Program-made: the position numbers and the translations under genes | Notes under the pieces: generated by a model | Told to the model about the DNA's origin: nothing | Database searches by the model: none | The model's input: the letters and a program-made list of their open reading frames with translations, nothing else | Assembly: GCF_006345805.1 (NCBI RefSeq) | Contig: NW_021832716.1 | Span: 1 to 64,000 of the forward strand | From: Octopus sinensis | Lineage: Eukaryota | DNA length: 64,000 bases | Direction: 5' to 3' | Shown: positions 1 through 14,080 of the stretch, one piece after another | Layout of the letters: each line of letters starts with the position of its first letter | Numbering within the stretch: position 1 is the first letter of the stretch

Positions 1-98
1 TGGAGGTCGTTCTCCTTTAGCTAACTCCAAAAAAGAGTTGTTTTGGCATCCTTGAATCCTTCATCCTGACCAGATGACCACTCCATCTGAGCCTTTGC
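1..98 (-). mobile_element. RTE-BovB-like LINE fragment
   Basis: QRLRWSGHLVRMKDSRMPKQLFFG. Confidence 0.8.
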
Positions 99-104
99 TT
101 TAAC

Positions 105-147
105 ACATACATGCATACATACATACATACATACATACATACATACA

Positions 148-179
<32 letters not shown>

Positions 180-542
180 AGCATGCATATATGCGTGCAT
201 GTATATATGCATGCATACATACATACATATATGTACATATGTATGCACAAACGCATACACATGTACATAATGCATACATACGCGCATACATGTATTCACA
301 CACATGCATATATACACACACATATATAAATATATATATAAATGCATACATACATGCGTACATACATTCATACATACATAAATACATGATAGCATAAATA
401 TATACATAAATGCATACATTATACAGACATACATGAATACACACATATATGCATACATATACACATACATACATACATACACACATACATACATACACAC
501 ATACACACACATACATACATACATACATATACACACACATGC

Positions 543-573
<31 letters not shown>

Positions 574-710
574 CACAAACATACATACATACATACATAC
601 GTATACACACACATACATACATACATATACACAAACATACATACATACATACATACATACACACATACATACATACACACACACATACATACATACATAC
701 ATACATACAT
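105..710. repeat. Degenerate (TACA)n satellite-like tract
   Basis: Read directly. Confidence 0.97.
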
Positions 711-945
711 ATGTTTACATATTCTCTTATTTCATTTGTCACTCTCATTCGACACAGCATTTGTCTCTCACTCGACGAATATGTTTATTTCTATTTTTTT
801 TATTCCCATTTTATTCATTTGTTCATTTATTTATTTATTTGCAATTTCTCTTTGTCCGCATGGCAATTAAAATATTATTTTTCGGATATTATTATTATTA
901 TTGTTGTTGTTGTTTTTATTATCAGCATCATTACTACTACTACTA

Positions 946-1014
<69 letters not shown>

Positions 1015-1371
1015 GTCTTCTCTCCGTCTGTCTGCATCTGGTTACAATTAGAGGAACATGGGAGTGCTTTTTTAAACAAAAACAGAATAACTACCAACGG
1101 TGTCATCTTTCTCTCGCTGTTCTTGTAAATTGTTGTTGCTGTTGTTGTTTTTGGTGGTGCTGGTGGTGGCGGTGGTGGTGTCATCCTTGTTGTTGCTGTT
1201 GCTGTTGCTGTGGTCGTTGTTCTTGTAGTCATTTTGTCGTATGTTAAAACGGGTGTTAATCATAATATTACGGAAGGTATTTTTTTTTATAAAAAAAACT
1301 TTTTATTTCATTTGAATATTTTATCGAAAAAAAAAACGGACGTTCTTACTGGGTGCATGTGTGTTTATTTG

Positions 1372-1456
<85 letters not shown>

Positions 1457-1462
1457 TGTGTG

Positions 1463-1499
<37 letters not shown>

Positions 1500-1503
<4 letters not shown>

Positions 1504-1709
1504 CTTTTACTCTTTTACTTGTTTCAGTCAGGTGACTGTGGCCATGCTGAAGCACCGCCTTTAGTCGAGCAAATCGACCCCAGGACTTATTCTTTGTAAG
1601 CCTAGTACTTATTCTATCGGTCTCTTTTGCCGAACCGCTTTGTTACGGGACGTAAACACACCAGCATCGGTTGTCAAGCAAAGTTGGGGGACAAACAAAC
1701 AAACCATAG

Positions 1710-1792
<83 letters not shown>

Positions 1793-1940
1793 TACGACGG
1801 GCTTCTTTCAGTTTCCGTCTACCAAATCCACTCACAAGTGGCTATAGTAGAAGACACTTGCCCAAGGTGCCACGCAGTGGGACTGAACCCGGAACCATGT
1901 GGCTGGTAAACAAGCTACTTACTACACAGCCACTCCTACG
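1500..1940 (-). mobile_element. SINE family A (tRNA head, internal TA/TG microsatellite, (GTAAAAGA)n tail)
   Basis: Reverse complement of the GGCGCAGGAGTGGCTGTGTGG...CAGCATGGCCGCAGTCAAATGACTGAAACAAGTAAAAGAG unit seen many times in this window. Confidence 0.9.
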
Positions 1941-1954
1941 TCAGTTTTAATATA

Positions 1955-3531
1955 TTAGGTTTGCCAAAATGTCCGTTCGGTTTTTATTGATACTAAGCTT
2001 TAAGCACTCTAGTAAGTAGCCAACTTCAGTCTGGCCCTTGCGCATGCGCACTTGTTACATACGTGACACTTCAACATAGTTCGATACGAACTTGCGGCGA
2101 GAACTTGTGACAAGACAGGTTGCATTTTGTGAGTCTGGGATCACCCTGAAAATGAACGACCAAAACAAACTTTATCGATGCCTCATGCTTTAAAAAAAAA
2201 AAAAGAAAAGGCAAGAAAGCGGTGGGAACCAGCAAGAAGATAAGAGCTGAGTAAAGAGAGGGATGCTATTACGGAGCGTGTGCCAGAAGAAATTTTCAAT
2301 ATTTCGATCGAGAAAGTTTTCGTTTCTAAAAAGCACTTTGCTCTGGTCTGGGCGGCAACAGCGACAAAATGGAGTTAGCTGAAACCAACTCCCGTTAAAT
2401 GATGAAGGGGATCACAGATGTTCTCCAGATATCCAAATCGAGTGCTGAAAGCCATCTGCATCAGCTTGGTTACGTCAGCAGGCTCGATGTTTGGGTCCCA
2501 CATCAATTGTTTGTTCCTTCTCGAGCCATGCCTGGCTCATAAGGGCCGGTTTCCCGGTTTCCTTGGCGTATAGGTTCCCCACCTGGACGGGACGCCGGTC
2601 CGTCGCAGGTGAGCTGCAAGATGCAGTAGGAAAGAGTGAGAAAAAGTTGTGGCGAAAGAGTCAGCAGAAGTTCGCCATTACCTTCTGCCGGAGTCGCGTG
2701 GAGCTTAGGTGTTTCGCTCATAAACACACACACCGCCCGGTCTGAGATTCGAACCCGCGATCCCTTGACTGCGAGTCCGCTGCTCTAACCACTAGGCCAT
2801 GTGCATCCACCCCACATCAATTGAAAGAGGTTAACTTCGCCCAACGGACCTCCAGCCGCGATTCCTTGCAGAAACGTGATAGGTACAGAGAATGGTGACA
2901 GGTACCAACAATGGACCGTCTATAACAATGTGAAGCGCAAACGATTAGAGGCGAAGCACGGTGAATCACCACAAACCACCTCCAAAGCAGAACTTCAGCC
3001 GAATAAGGTTATGCTTTCAATTTGGTGGGATTGGAAGGGCGTTGTCTTTTGCGATTTTCTTCCCATGGAGAGTACCATCAATTCAAACGTGTACTGTGAC
3101 CAGTGGACAAATGAAACGCAGCGATCCACCAGATGTGTCCAGTAATTGTTAATCGTAAGGACATGGTCTTTCACACGACAATGCCAGGTCGCACACTTCT
3201 TTGCCAACGGGCAGAAGCTACTGGGGCTTGGCTACGATGTTAGCAACCTCCATGTTCGCCCGACCTTGCGCTTTCAGAGTGCCACCTGTTTCGGCCTCTT
3301 CAAAATTCTTTTAATGCACAAACCTTCAATTCTGAAGAGAATGTGAAAATTCACCTGGAAGAGTTTTTCCGCCAGTAAAGACAGGAAATTCTTTGAACAA
3401 GGAATAATGCAAGATAGCAGAAGATACTGAAATAAAACGGTAATTTAATCATTCATTGAATAAATCCCTTTGCGCTTAAAATTTTAGTCTTATTTTCGCT
3501 TATAAAACACAGGCAGATTTTTTAGCCGTTA
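1955..3531 (+). mobile_element. Degenerate mariner (DD34D) transposon interrupted by a SINE
   Basis: WVPHQL, YNNVKRKR, KVMLSIWWDWKG, HDNARSH and SPDLA-like motifs; decayed TIRs TTAGGTTTGCCAAAA... at about 1955 and the reverse-like copy at about 3505-3531. Confidence 0.85.
2510..2810 (-). mobile_element. tRNA-derived SINE with a 13-bp target-site duplication
   Basis: A box TGGCCTAGTGG, B box GGTTCGAATC; TSD CCCACATCAATTG at 2497-2509 and 2811-2823. Confidence 0.92.
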
Positions 3532-3910
3532 ATATGTTTATACTGGAGTAAACAAGGTTGTGTATTTAAGAAGTACGAATTGCAACAACGTAGCTTCGTG
3601 TCCAATCTCACTGCGCAGCATCTTAGGTAGGCGTCCTCTGCTATAGCCTCGGGCGAACCGATGTCTTGTGAGTAAATTTGTTTCACAGAAACACATATGC
3701 AAACGTTATGCTCAGAAAACAGTAATACCTGTATTTCAAGGGGCCAGCCTTGTCACACTCAGTGATACGCTGAATCTCCTTGAGAAGTATGTGAAGGGGT
3801 ACGCGTGTCTGTGGAGTGTTCAGCCACTTGTACGTTAATCTCACGAGCAAGCTATTCTGGGACCCTCGTATGGGTATGAGTAAGTATTTCATTTATTTCT
3901 TTGCCGCATT

Positions 3911-3963
3911 TATCACTGACGAAGGGACGGTTCTTATGAATTAACCCTGAAATCGGTCCGATA
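3911..3963 (+). ncRNA. Hammerhead ribozyme motif with canonical core
   Basis: UAUCA-CUGACGA-AGGG(18 nt)CCCU-GAAA-U(CG)G-UC^CGAUA; one mismatch at the base of helix I. Confidence 0.6.
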
Positions 3964-4151
3964 TGGTAATAACGGAATTTTTAAGAAATTTCTGTCGACC
4001 TTTTTCGAGTAGCGTGCTTATTGTGATAAATTGTATGATTATGGACAGTGTGTCTAGTTACGGCATATTTGGCATTAGAAACTTTTTCGTTTGCCCTTAT
4101 TATAAGTTGTTTATTTTATAATATATATTATATTATATTCTAATATATATA

Positions 4152-4192
<41 letters not shown>

Positions 4193-4710
4193 TATATATA
4201 TAATTAGAAATATTGCATTTCTAAATCTCTCAAAGAGACTTATACAGTAGCAGCACGATAAAGTGATGGTTTGTTGCCAACTTAATCTGGCAATCCCATT
4301 ACATTGTGTAAAAAATCGATAATAAGGGTACTCCATCTAATGAGAGTCCAATATTACTGTAAATGCTTCGTACTCCATTCTTTATATGCGCTGCTAATAC
4401 CTTCACGTACATAAGTACGTTCGTCAGGTGCTGATTAAACTAGGCAACCAAGAGGTTTACGTTCAAATAGAGAACAGGTGTTAAGAGATAAGAAAGTAAA
4501 ACGTACTTAATGGAAGATTCCACCAAGGTGGGTGGATGAATAATAAGAAACCAAAAAGAAAAAAAATTTTAATAAATAAACAGATAAATAAGAATTTTAT
4601 ATAGAAAATATTAAAAGGTATATTAAGAAATATTAAAATATAATTTTTTTAAATCTATAAATGCGTGAATGATAATGAAGAGTACGAAGAAAATAAAAAA
4701 TATCAATATA

Positions 4711-4860
4711 GGCGCAGGAGTGGCTGTGTGGTAAGTAGCTTGTTTACCAGCCACATGGTTCCGGGTTCAGTCCCACTGCGTGATACTTTGGGCTGGCCTT
4801 GGGCCGGCCAATGCCTTGTGAGTGGATTTGGTAGACGGAAACTGAAAGAAGCCCGTCGTA

Positions 4861-4891
<31 letters not shown>

Positions 4892-5123
4892 GATGTGTGT
4901 GTGTATATGTTTGTGTGTCTGTGTTTGTCCCCCTAGCATTGCTTGACAACTGATGCTGGTGTGTTTAAGTCCCGTAACAAAGCGGTTCGGCAAAAGAGAC
5001 CGATAGAATAAGTACTGGGCTTACAAAAGAATAAGTCCCGGGGTCGAGTTGCGCGATTAAAGGCAGTGCTCCAGCATGGCCGCAGTCAAATGACTGAAAC
5101 AAGTAAAAGAGTAAAAGAGTAAA
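4711..5123 (+). mobile_element. SINE family A, full copy
   Basis: A/B-box-like head, internal (TA)n(TG)n, GTAAAAGA tail. Confidence 0.9.
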
Positions 5124-7417
5124 ATACGTTATAAGTAAATATACATAAATCGTGTAAATATAAGCAGAAAAATTTGAAGGGCGATAATATGATACAAAGA
5201 TGAAATGACAGGGTGGAAAAATTGTAAATGTTGGCATAACTCGACGCTCTTATATTTGTATCTTTGACGATATGAAAAATGTGAAAAGTAAAATAAAATA
5301 AGAAAAATTAGAAAAAAAAAACACATAAAAAAATTCTGAATTAAATTTTGAACCCAAGATCAGAGATATTCAGTAGGTGTAAACATATGTCTAAATATAT
5401 TCTTAAAAATTGGAATATTTCTCCGATACCGGTCTGACTAACGTTTTTTCTAAGAATTATTTTCTCAATATAATTTTCAAAAGATTTTTTTAGACGTTTT
5501 TTCTAATTTTTCTAATTTTATTTTACTTTTTCGCGTTTTTCATAACGCATAGGATACGGATATAATAGCGTCGAGTTATATCAACATTTATAATTTCTCC
5601 GCCTTGTCATTTCATTTTGTATCATTTTATCGACCTTCGAATTTTTCCACTTATATTCACACGATTTATGTATGTTCTCTATCAGATTTTCCGCATGTAT
5701 TTACACGATTTATGTATACTTATTCATAATGTTTATTTTTATTTTTTATGCGCCCTTTTCAAACCTAGCCAGGCTCATGGGCCCGGTTTCCCGGTTTCTT
5801 TGGTGTATGTGTTTTCTGCCAGCTCGCCGCCTTATGAGGTTTGCATGGTCGCAGTCCAATGATTGAAAAATGTATAAGTTAAACGCTCTCGTATATGTGT
5901 GTTAAGTTGTCAGAAGATGACGCTTCACTCCTTAGCTACTCTTTCATTAGACGTTCCTTCGGTAGGTAAATAAATATACAGGTATTGAGTACATAGCCGG
6001 ACTGATAGGAGATGGCGGAAGAGCAATTGCCCCGGGCCTCAACAATTACCAGGAAACCACGGACACGGATTGTGGGCCCTGGAGGGTCCTAACCTTCCAA
6101 GCAATTTTGTATGAAGAGTTACTACCCACACACCATCTATTTCTTCAAAAATCTACTTTAGAAAATTTTTAGGAGAAAATGTTTTTTTTCACTTTAACGA
6201 CACCAGTAATTCAAGCTAGAAGTGCAAGTCTAGTCGTTCTCGAGCAAAGAAGAATAGAAAAACGAAAGCAACAAAAGTAATAAAAACGAAACCTTTCTAC
6301 CTGTCTGTCTGCCTGTCTGTTTAACCAGCTAGCTAATTATTATCTATCTATCTACATAAAAGATAGATAGAAAGATAGATAGATGGATGGATAGATAGAG
6401 GTCATTGACCAGTTCAAATTTCAGTTGTTTTGTTACTACTAATGACGAAATGTTAATCCATCAATTTGAGATTTTTGTTTAGTAATTAACACACACACAC
6501 ACACACACGTACACACACACACACACGCACACACACACACGTACACACACACACACACGCACACACACACACACACACAGAAACACAAAAGAAACGAAAA
6601 AAGCACAAGCAAATCTGCCCACACACATATATATTACTACATTTAAATTTCGTTATTCTGTTCATATCCTGTGAGACCTAGAAAAAGGTAAGATTATATA
6701 TTCCCTTGTTCTTTTATTCTTTTAGCAGATTCTGTCGTAGGACTTAATCTTATTAAGGTGGCTATGCTGGAGCACCGTCTTAATATATATTTTTTTCAGT
6801 TTTATTGTCGTTTTATGATTCGAAGTTGGCCTATCATTGAGCTTAGAGCAGTTGATCTTCCTTGGGTGTGTCCTTGAAGTGTTGGGAGTTTTCGCCAATG
6901 TCCTTTTTTGTGTCTCGTTTTTGTATCAGTAGCGGTCCATTTTATGTTTCTTATTTCTTTACTCCCGACAAGGGCTACACACAAAGGACACAAACAAGGA
7001 CGGAAAAACGGATTAAGTCGATTATATTAACCCCAGTGCGTAACTGGTACTTATTTAATCGACTCCGAAAGGATGAAAGACAAAGTCGACGTCGGCGGAA
7101 TTTGAACTCAGAATGTAGCGGCAGACGAAATACCTATTTCTTTACTACCCACAAGGGGCTAATAACAGAGAGGACAAACAAGGACAGACAGACGGATTAA
7201 GTCGATTACAGTTCTGTGTTGAAATGTCAACAATTTCTATTCTGGGTTTACGTGGGCTTTCCCCAATTATGCAAACGAAAATGTCTCCCAAGCAAAAAAA
7301 TAATAATAAAGTAACGTAAACAAGAACAATAAAGACGAATGGTAAAAAGCAAAAAGAAAATATTCACACACATACATACACATGTGCGTATACGCATACA
7401 TATACATACATATACAC

Positions 7418-7450
<33 letters not shown>

Positions 7451-7499
7451 TATATATACACTATATATATATATATACATATACATACATATACACACA

Positions 7500-7539
<40 letters not shown>

Positions 7540-7792
7540 TCTCTCTTACCTGTTTGTGTCTGCCTTCCAAATGCTGTTTTACTGAGATCTCCTTTTTTAG
7601 TAGAAGAATAGCTATAACTCTTTGACTGCTATTTCTAAATTCGGTCTGTGGTAAGGCAATTCGTTGCTAAACCCTTTATTGCTTAGTATTACTTAAATTT
7701 TCCTCGAATGAGGCTTTTACATGCCGAAGACTACTTGGTGTAATTGATAATTATCCAAATTAATTAATTTCACCCTTCATTATTACGGATAA

Positions 7793-7859
<67 letters not shown>

Positions 7860-8318
7860 ATACATATATATATAATATATATATTATATATATAATATAT
7901 ATATATATACCATATATATATGTGTGGTGTATGTATGTAGTATATGTATGTATATGCATATATATATATATATATATATATGTTATTTATATATATGTTA
8001 TATATTATATATATATGCTTGTACTTTTTATCTTATATTAAACTTTTTAATACTTTTTAATAGTATACATATTTAATAAATATAATATATATATATATAA
8101 AAATATATAAAAATATATAAAACATATAAAGATATATAAATATAAATTAATAATTTTAATTTTAAATTTAAATAATTTAAATATTTAAATTCATATTTTA
8201 TATATTTTGTATATTATATAAATTATTTTTATTTTACTGTTGGGTTATTTTTTCACTGTTTGATTTGCCTAATAGTGGTTTTATCTCTAATTAATTTATA
8301 CATATATGCATGTCTTAT

Positions 8319-8349
<31 letters not shown>

Positions 8350-8351
8350 TA

Positions 8352-8576
8352 TAAGTATATAATTAAGAGAAATAACCTCTATTAAGTAATTCAATAGTGA
8401 AAGACTTTATCTATATCATATAGAAGATACTCTAAATATACTATAATAAATATTATTCAAAAAAATCACTAAATTAAATAAACATTAAATGGCTGTGATT
8501 AAAACATATAGATATATATACAGTCTTCCACTATTGAATTACTTAATAGAGATTATTTCTCTTAATTTATACTTAT
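8352..8576. repeat. Foldback (inverted arms of about 55 bp)
   Basis: 8352-8407 is the reverse complement of 8522-8576. Confidence 0.85.
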
Positions 8577-8665
8577 ATCATATATTGTAAAATTGATTTG
8601 GAATTGCTAAATTAAATTTTCCCTATAAGTTTGGATTGATATTCCCTATTATTTTATATATATAT

Positions 8666-8743
<78 letters not shown>

Positions 8744-8833
8744 TATAATAATATGAGGGAATATTATTTTTCTAAAATTACAGGGAAAAATTCAATTTAG
8801 AAATACTAAATCAAATTTCACAAAATATAATAT

Positions 8834-9272
8834 ACTAGCAGTATCGCCCGGCGTTGCTCGGGTTTGTAAGGGAAATAACTATATAAGCATTTTTAGAGAG
8901 TTACTTCCTTTATAGATGCCAATTCGGGCTTTCTTAGCCATTTCTGTTTTGGTGTCTTCAAGCCATGAAGTCGTTGTTCAAAAAGAACGCTGGTCTCCTT
9001 GACAACGCATTACGACGTTGATTTCCTTAAACTCCCTTCCCCACAGCTTCACGAAAAATTATGCATTAAAATGGAATAAAAAATGATGTTAACTTATTTT
9101 TTAAATCGTAGACTCATCGTAGACGCGCGCTAATAGCCAGACGGGCTCGATATTAATCACGACTATAAGATACCCGAATTTGGTTAAACTGCACCGCAAA
9201 ATGTGGGAGGAGTTAGGAATCTAAATCGTAGGAGACAGACACTCACACAACTACAGTTTTATATATATAGAT
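8834..9272 (+). mobile_element. Non-autonomous Helitron-like element (Lep1/HINE type)
   Basis: 5' ACTAG followed by the hairpin CCCGGCGTTGCTCGGG; 3' AGACAGACACTCACAC...TATATAGAT. Confidence 0.6.
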
Positions 9273-11517
9273 ATATATATATAAATTAGAAAAAAATTAA
9301 ATTAAATGCTAACATTAATTTATTTATTGTTGTATGTTGGAATGGTCATTTTGCCAGTTTAGCCAATAAATATATTATCTTATAGGTAAATAAATAAATT
9401 TATTTACCTATATGATACGTTTAGCTTATTTTTCCGTATGCATAAAACCTTATTTCTTTTTATGTTATTTATTTATTGTAGATATAATTTAGTAGTATTA
9501 GTGTATAATTTACTATATTATTATATGTTATATTAATATATATGAATAATTTTAAAATTAGATATTGTCTAATACATAAATGATTATATGTAATTTTATT
9601 AAGACCTATTATTTATAGTAATTTAAATTAATTTGATATTATATGTATATTTTACGTAATAATTATTTGGAAATTAATTTATAGTAAATAATCATTTATA
9701 GTTCTTTTGTTATTCTATTTTTCTCAAATTCATGAAGCTTAAATATTTTTCGTCATTTTCATTGATAATTTTATTCTATTTTTTACACATCTTCACGGGT
9801 TTAATCTCTATATTATAATTCGAAAATGCGAAAAGTTTGTTTGTTTGTTTGTCTGGTTTGGGCATTGAGAACGGATTAAAGGCCACTAGATCCCGTCGGA
9901 TTGACTCCAAAATTTACAGGGACATGTAAAATGAGGTGAGGATGTTAGTGGGCTTGGTTAGAAATACCCATCTTAAAATGTGTCGTTGCTAGGGCCAAAA
10001 ATGCACTTTGACAAGTCTACTCTCATTCTTTTATGTATCTGTCCTCCTCTGTTACTCATTCTCTTTCCTCCCTTCCCATCACGTTCTATATATAACGTTG
10101 TTTCACGGCGTCTATCTCCCTTACCTATCTCCCTTACCTTTACCGTCGTGTCGCGGCGTCCTCAATCTCCCCCCTCCTCCCCGCCTTCGACAGCGCTTTC
10201 ACTCTCTCTCTTTCTCTCTACGTCTGTCATAGAGAGAATTATCATCGTCGCCACCACCACCACCACACAATCATGAGAACAAATATTCGAATCAGATATT
10301 TATTGGGTTAATTTATGTGTGTGTGTGTGTGTGTTCTATATATAAATATGTATATAAATTAATATACAAAGTGTATATACTCTGTATTTATGTATATTAA
10401 ACTTTTTAATACTTTTTGATACTTATATATATTTTTAAAATTAATAAATAAGTTAATAATTTTAATTTTAAATTTAAATAATTTAAATTTTAAATTTTAT
10501 ATTTTATATATTTTGTACATTATATTTTTATTTTTATGTTTTGGGTTATGTTTTTCACTGTTTGATTTGCCTAATAGTGGTTTTATCTCTAATTTAATTT
10601 ATATATATATTTATAATTTGTATACATTTGTATATATAATGCGTACACACACACACATATATATAGATATATAATGCGTATATATATATATTGTAAGACA
10701 ATATATTATTAATAGTTAAATGGTCTATTTATTACGTAGTATTACATTTAAGTAAATTAGTTTAATATTAATTGATATTTTGGTCAACAATATACTCGAG
10801 TAAAAAATTAAATCTATATATACTACACATATATTAATAATATAGTTAGTTTATCTAATAAGTGTGTATATATTTAAACCATTTCCTATTATTAATTCTA
10901 ATATTTATAGCTTGTACTAACATTATGTATATTACTTAACATTAAGGTTTTTTATATAGATTACTTAATGAGTATAAGATTTTATTTAAATGTTTATTAA
11001 ATAAATTAATTAATTAATAATTTAATTTAATGTATATAGATTAAATTATAGTATTTAGTTTTCACTTAATGTATATTTTGTATTTTATTTATATATATAT
11101 TTGTTTTTAATATTTTAATTAATTGTATCTTATTTTTTATTCTATTTTTTTTATTTAAACAAGAATATATTTGTTAAGATATTTCGTATTCTACAGGATT
11201 ATTTATGTATATTTATTAATTTATCTAATTAATTATTTTATTGTTTTTTCTTTAACCTGAAGAATGGGTATATTTATATTGAAGTGATTTTACTATGATT
11301 ATTATTATTATTATCATTTCTTAAATATAGCCACGAAACAAGAGTCGTTATTCTACCAAATGTATACGTTTTATTTACTTTTTTGCACATTACTGAATCA
11401 TTGTTATATGTTTTATCTTAAATTCAATCTTTCTATAATATGTAATTTTTCTAAATGGTATAATTTAATTTTTCATTTTGAATTGATAAAAGGTGTTTTT
11501 TCTAATTTATATATATG

Positions 11518-11574
<57 letters not shown>

Positions 11575-11677
11575 GCAAACAGGCTATATGTATATATATA
11601 TATATATGTGTGTGGTGTGTGTATGTGTGTATATATATGTATGTATGTATATATATATATATTGTATATATATAATG

Positions 11678-11724
<47 letters not shown>

Positions 11725-11732
11725 ATATATAT

Positions 11733-11775
<43 letters not shown>

Positions 11776-12206
11776 ATACTATACTTGTTCCACGTCCTCG
11801 AGTTGTGTTTTCTCTTGGTGTTTTCATGTTTGGATTATATATATATAGGGAGAGTTTACGAAAAAAACAAAAGACGATGACAGGTGGTGTACAAAACAAA
11901 CAGATGTATTAGTATAACGCACAGGAATAGAAAAAGTCTTTTACGTTTCGAGCCTACGCTCTTCAACTGAAAAGGACTCAGGATAAAACAAGGAGAAAAA
12001 AAGGAGAGAAAAAACGTGTGTAGTGGCTAACGATCTATATATAAGGATATATAAGGATTAGATCGTTAATTTAATTATCAATCTTATCAAGTGGCCAGCA
12101 TAGGAATTAAACCTTCAAATATGGTAATAATTATTAAAATTATATTTTAGGGTATCTAAATTATAATTATAGCGCAGAGGTATCTCTTAGATACCTTAAT
12201 TATAAT

Positions 12207-12251
<45 letters not shown>

Positions 12252-12423
12252 AGGTAGGTAGGTATGTATGTATCTATATATATATTATATACACATGTGT
12301 GTGTATTTATATATACTTGTATATATATGAACACATGTATACATCTGTGCGCATCCATACATACATACATGTATGTATTTATGTATATACGTATGTATGT
12401 ATGTATGTATGTACGTATGTACG

Positions 12424-12454
<31 letters not shown>

Positions 12455-12767
12455 TGTATGTACACACACATATGCACATACATAGATACATGCAGACACT
12501 TTAAACAATGTCACTTCCCGCTGGTGTGTAACAGCTCAAAATAAGTGCAAATAAGGATTGGTTTTGGTGAGTGTTAAATAGCAACAATACTTGCTACAAT
12601 AATAACAACAATAACAGCAGTAGTAGTTGTAGCAGTAATAGCTTCTACAACGGTTGTAGTAGTAGCTGCAACAAGAACAGTTACAACAACAACAACAGCG
12701 GCGACTGAACTCGCAGCAGCGGGGAAGCAATTTCGTCTTCTGGTAGGAACTTTATGCTTTGTGAATT

Positions 12768-13375
12768 CCTCCTCGGGCCTACTTGCAACAGCAAAACAGA
12801 TGGGAGCTGAAACTCAGCATGAGGAAGCAGCTGAAGCTTCTAGAAGAAACTGTCGCCTCAACATCACTGAGGCCGAATTGGTGTTGATATGAGAAGCAGC
12901 AAAGCAGATGGTTCTGTTCGAAGTCTCCGTTCCTTGCGAGGAGACAGCATCGGGAAGGCTAACGAGAGGAAGAGAAAGAAATATGTTGAACTGGTAGAGT
13001 TAATGTATATATGTATGTATATATATAAACTAAACAGAAAATGGAGAAATACTGATGAGCAACAATTGACTAACATCAATTATTACTTTTTAATACAAAT
13101 AGACTTTATCCCATCTAACACCTGTTTCGGTTTCCAATGTTCCTCGGTATGGCCATTGAAAGTCTATTTCTATTAAAAAGTATTAATCGATGACAAGTAA
13201 GATGTGACCCCATCGACGCAGAGGGTTTGCCGACCAGTTCCTCTGTAGAGTTTATAACATGCTTGGCATGACAGAGAGCAGCAGACAGAAAGCCATCAGG
13301 TTGACTGTAGCTGCAGTTGAGATTGCCTCAAGATAGCTGTGGAACACGAGATGCGAGTGTCTTCTACTATAGCCT
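12768..13375 (+). mobile_element. HERO-like (restriction-like endonuclease) non-LTR retrotransposon C-terminal relic, split by an insert of about 190 bp
   Basis: Across frameshifts: SSGLLATA..WELK....KQLK..LRP..VLI..AKQMVLFEVSVPCEE.IGKANERKRKKYVELVE, then RCDPI...RGFA.Q.LCRVYNMLG....KAIR....A.EIASR*LW. Confidence 0.75.
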
Positions 13376-13439
13376 ATTTTAAAAATTGATATTCGATATT
13401 AGTCATTGTTGTTAATCAATATTTCTCCATTTTCTGTTT

Positions 13440-13490
<51 letters not shown>

Positions 13491-13686
13491 TATATTATAT
13501 ATACATATGTATATATGAAATTTTGAACTTAGTTCACGGACCCAGTACTACCTTTGCGGACCCTAGGTTGAGAACCACTGATGTATATCAAAGGATCGAA
13601 GGTCCGTCCCGGACCAAAGGCTCATTGTGCTAGTTTCCCGGATACTGCGGTGTATATATTCCCTTCTATCCTACTAGACTGGTGTT

Positions 13687-14050
13687 GAGGCGCAATAGCC
13701 CAGTTGTTAGAGCAGAGGACTCGCGGTCATAGGATCGCGGTTTCGATTCCCAGACCGGGCGTTTTGAGTGTTTATTGAGCGAAAACACCGAAAGTTCCAC
13801 AAGGCCCCTACAGGAGGTGGTGGTGAACTCTGCTGTAGTCTTTGACCACAACTTTCTCTCACTCTTTCTTCCTGTTTCTGTTGTATCTGTATTTCGAAGT
13901 GCCAGCCTTGTCACACTCTCTGTCATGCTGAATCTCCCCAAGAACTACGTTAATGACACACGTGTCTGTGGAGTGCTCATCCACTTGCACGTTGATTTCA
14001 CGAGCAGGCTGGAACCCTCGTCGACGTAACCAACGGAGTGCCACGATGGA
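13687..14050 (+). mobile_element. tRNA-derived SINE family C, tail type 2
   Basis: GAGGCGCAATAGCCCAGTTGTTAG head, GTTTCGATTCC B box; same body as 2510-2810. Confidence 0.85.
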
Positions 14051-14080
14051 GTCGCCAGTCCATCGCAGGGTTACTCATAA

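Noticed and set aside
17-1600. Long ORFs such as MYVCMYVC..., HTYIHTYI..., poly-T/poly-Y/poly-L and CVCVCV
   Set aside because: Translations of (TACA)n, (TAC)n and (TG)n microsatellites. The same applies to ORFs at 11.3-12.5, 14.7-15.6, 39.8-40.6, 43.6-44.7, 54.6-54.9, 57.8-58.3 and 61.2-61.7 kb.
7700-7745. Hammerhead-like GAATGAGGC...GCCGAAGAC; similar weak cases at 37227-37268 and 13110-13157
   Set aside because: Too many core and helix mismatches to call individually; they are at best decayed relics.
7780-11400. Extreme AT-richness suggesting RIP-like or APOBEC hypermutation of repeats
   Set aside because: The three related copies (8.0, 10.4, 47.5 kb) are all AT-rich and show no clear directional C-to-T gradient by eye. 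A natively AT-rich repeat plus (TA)n expansion explains it.
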